Assembly: GCA_964571725.1 (NCBI GenBank) | Contig: CAZNDB010000003.1 | Span: forward strand, 127,797-191,796 | Direction of reading: 5' to 3' | Length of the DNA: 64,000 nucleotides | Source of the DNA: an uncultured Candidatus Peribacteria bacterium | Lineage (GTDB): Bacteria > Patescibacteriota > Gracilibacteria > UBA1369 | Shown here: in pieces, positions 62,435 to 64,000 of the stretch | How positions within the stretch are numbered: the stretch's first letter is position 1 | Layout: each line of letters starts with the position of its first letter | Program-made: the position numbers and the translations under genes | The notes under the pieces: model-generated | Seen by the model: only the letters and a program-made list of their open reading frames with translations | Database searches by the model: none | Told to the model about the DNA's origin: nothing

Positions 62435-63289
62435 ATGGAGAAAAAACTTACCGGCTTTATCACCGACATCGATGACACCCTGATCCCCTGGGAACCGCCG
62501 CACGCCAAGGCCTATCCGGCCATGGCCAAAGCCCTCAGTGAAGCATCTGGGCTGCCCTATCAAACGATTGTAGAAAATATCCAACAGGTAAATACCACCC
62601 ACGGCACCATCGAATACACCGCCCTTGTGCAGGAAATGACCTGTTTTCAACAGCTTTCCAGACAGCGCATCGGGCAGCTCATACGTATTGCCATTGACAG
62701 TAAAAAAGCCGCCCTGGCGGAATTAACCAAGCCTTTTGAAGACATAGAACTGCTTCTGGAAACTCTGCGCATCAACCGTCTGGTCTTGCTGGCTCTTAGT
62801 GATGCCCCCAAAAACCTGGCCTATCTCAGGCTGAAAAACTCGGGTCTGCTGCAATACTTTGATCTGGTCATCGGAACCGCCTCTCCCTCCGATGAAAACT
62901 TCGACCCGCAATTCCGCATGGAAAACAAACCTTTTCTGATCCCCACCGCAGCCACCCCGAACAAAAAACCCCACGTACTGCTGGAACATTATCTGAATAT
63001 CAACGAAAACCGCATTGGCGGGGAATACGCGCTCCTGGGCAATAGTAACTTTTCCGATCAGGGCCAGGCGCAAAATTACGGCATGGATTTTTATCACAGC
63101 CAATGGGACAAGGGCACCGATGAAGAAAGAAACACTCTGTTACAATTCGCTCCGCTGTCGGCACTGGAAGAAGATGGCACCCAAGCAGTCAAAAACGCCC
63201 CCGTGATCCGTCCGGGATACGAAAAAATTGAGGTGTTTTCGCCGCGCCAAATGATCGAAGAATTACGTCAGCGTGGTCACATCCAATAA
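62435..63289 (+). CDS. HAD-superfamily hydrolase
   Basis: 284 aa. Motif I FITDIDDTLIPW (DxDxT), LALSDAP (motif II Ser), and later LGNSNFSDQ (motif IV-like). Confidence 0.7.
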   Translation: MEKKLTGFITDIDDTLIPWEPPHAKAYPAMAKALSEASGLPYQTIVENIQQVNTTHGTIEYTALVQEMTCFQQLSRQRIGQLIRIAIDSKKAALAELTKPFEDIELLLETLRINRLVLLALSDAPKNLAYLRLKNSGLLQYFDLVIGTASPSDENFDPQFRMENKPFLIPTAATPNKKPHVLLEHYLNINENRIGGEYALLGNSNFSDQGQAQNYGMDFYHSQWDKGTDEERNTLLQFAPLSALEEDGTQAVKNAPVIRPGYEKIEVFSPRQMIEELRQRGHIQ

Positions 63290-63474
63290 TATCGGCTCCA
63301 TCCGTTTGATAAAGCTGTTTTGACGTGCCAAGAGGTTTCAAGCGGATTTCAATCTGTTTTTATAACAATTTACTCCAATACGCCAGTTATTATGCGCATC
63401 GGAGTAATACATTAATTTACTAATCTGACAAAATTGCCTATCTTAAACTAGAAAAAATAACCAACACACAATCA

Positions 63475-63717
63475 ATGTTGATTCAAATAGCCAGAGGAAC
63501 CTGTATCGGGGCTGCCCCCTGCGTTGCAATCGCCGGGGATGTGTTTCAGCTGGACGAAGAAGGCAAGGCCTTTGTGGTAGGAACCAGCGATGACACGGCC
63601 AAAATCAAACTGGCTGCGGAATCCTGTCCGGTCCGGGCCATTTATTTATATGATGACAATAAAAACCAGATTTATCCGCCTCCTGAGGAAAATCCCCGTC
63701 CCTATCAGGAAAATTAA
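63475..63717 (+). CDS. small ferredoxin (single [3Fe-4S]/[4Fe-4S] cluster type)
   Basis: 80 aa. CIGAAPCVAIAGDVF...AAESCPVRAI is the typical Cys spacing of monocluster ferredoxins. Confidence 0.7.
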   Translation: MLIQIARGTCIGAAPCVAIAGDVFQLDEEGKAFVVGTSDDTAKIKLAAESCPVRAIYLYDDNKNQIYPPPEENPRPYQEN

Positions 63718-63719
63718 CC

Positions 63720-64000
63720 ATGAGCATCTCCCCCCCATCAGTACAGGTTGATCCCAAGCTGGCAGACCAGGTCTGGTCGGCGCTAAACAAAGCTTCCTCT
63801 ATAGGAATCATTTCTCACCGCCACCCTGATCCTGATTGTGTCGGCAGCAACCTGTCCCTGCGGGAAATTCTCCTGAAATTGGGCAAACAGGTGGATTCCC
63901 TCTGCCTGAATGAAATTTCTTCCTCCTGTCAGGGCTTAAAAAACGTTCACGAGTTCAAATCTGAGTTTCAGGCCGAACGCTATGATCTGATTATCTGCGT
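63720..64000 (+). CDS. DHH-family phosphoesterase (NrnA-like), N-terminal fragment running off the window
   Basis: Manual translation MSISPPSVQVDPKLADQVWSALNKASSIGIISHRHPDPDCVGSNLSL. The ISHxxPDxDxxGS motif is the DHH motif I/II region. Confidence 0.75.
   Translation, partial: MSISPPSVQVDPKLADQVWSALNKASSIGIISHRHPDPDCVGSNLSLREILLKLGKQVDSLCLNEISSSCQGLKNVHEFKSEFQAERYDLIIC

Noticed and set aside
1-64000. CRISPR arrays, transposons/IS elements, prophage genes, restriction-modification, toxin-antitoxin pairs, retrons or diversity-generating retroelements
   Set aside because: No regularly spaced direct repeats, no transposase, integrase, reverse transcriptase or capsid-like ORFs, and no DNA methyltransferase motifs. 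The only methyltransferase has small-molecule-type motifs. Nothing supports such calls.
1-64000. Alternative genetic code (UGA recoding, as in some CPR lineages)
   Set aside because: Long conserved genes (secA, ftsH, ftsK, metG, gltX) are intact under code 11. TGA is seen acting as a genuine stop, for example in the Gfo/Idh/MocA gene at 5011-5013.

Overview
The window is a gene-dense, mostly housekeeping stretch of a bacterial chromosome. It has no rRNA genes, CRISPR array, transposase, integrase, reverse transcriptase or recognisable defence or toxin-antitoxin module. The gene content suggests an uncultivated reduced-genome bacterium of the CPR/Patescibacteria type. This is inferred from phosphoketolase plus acetate kinase, an archaeal-type SAM synthetase, type IV pilus genes, many small secreted two-TM pilin-like proteins, an SLH-anchored RlpA, and almost no Shine-Dalgarno motifs. 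Standard code 11 fits.

Housekeeping genes recognised directly from motifs:
- xfp (partial), dus, typA, metG, tilS, ftsH, galU, secA, ftsK, gltX, ackA
- the rpmH-rnpA-yidC-jag cluster, ftsQ, an MscS channel, Hsp20 and a WbaP-type sugar transferase

RNA genes:
- tRNA-Gly(CCC)
- tRNA-Glu(UUC)
- a long (about 478 nt) type-A RNase P RNA

Three regions stand out:
1. A tightly packed operon (about 19.75-24.17 kb) has a canonical PilT ATPase translationally coupled to five tandem TrbC/VirB2-like (conjugative-type) pilin paralogs. Two of these end in a conserved tail, VPSQAPS(K/N)L. No other type IV secretion genes are in the window.
2. On the other side of metG, a type IV pilus operon (pilN-pilO-pilC-major pilin-three minor pilins) ends in two translationally coupled orphan proteins without signal peptides. 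They are 179 aa and about 1350 aa and sit where a PilY1-type tip protein would be expected.
3. A low-GC island of about 8 kb (3.6-11.8 kb) lies directly downstream of tRNA-Gly. It carries an overlapping 8-gene operon with no pathway assignment I can make: CofE-like ligase, archaeal-type MAT, HprK-related kinase, GT2, AroE-like dehydrogenase, TIM-barrel isomerase or dehydratase, Gfo/Idh/MocA oxidoreductase and a SpoT-like HD hydrolase. A convergent SAM methyltransferase faces it.

All functional calls come from reading the translated ORFs and the nucleotide sequence by eye. No database search was run.
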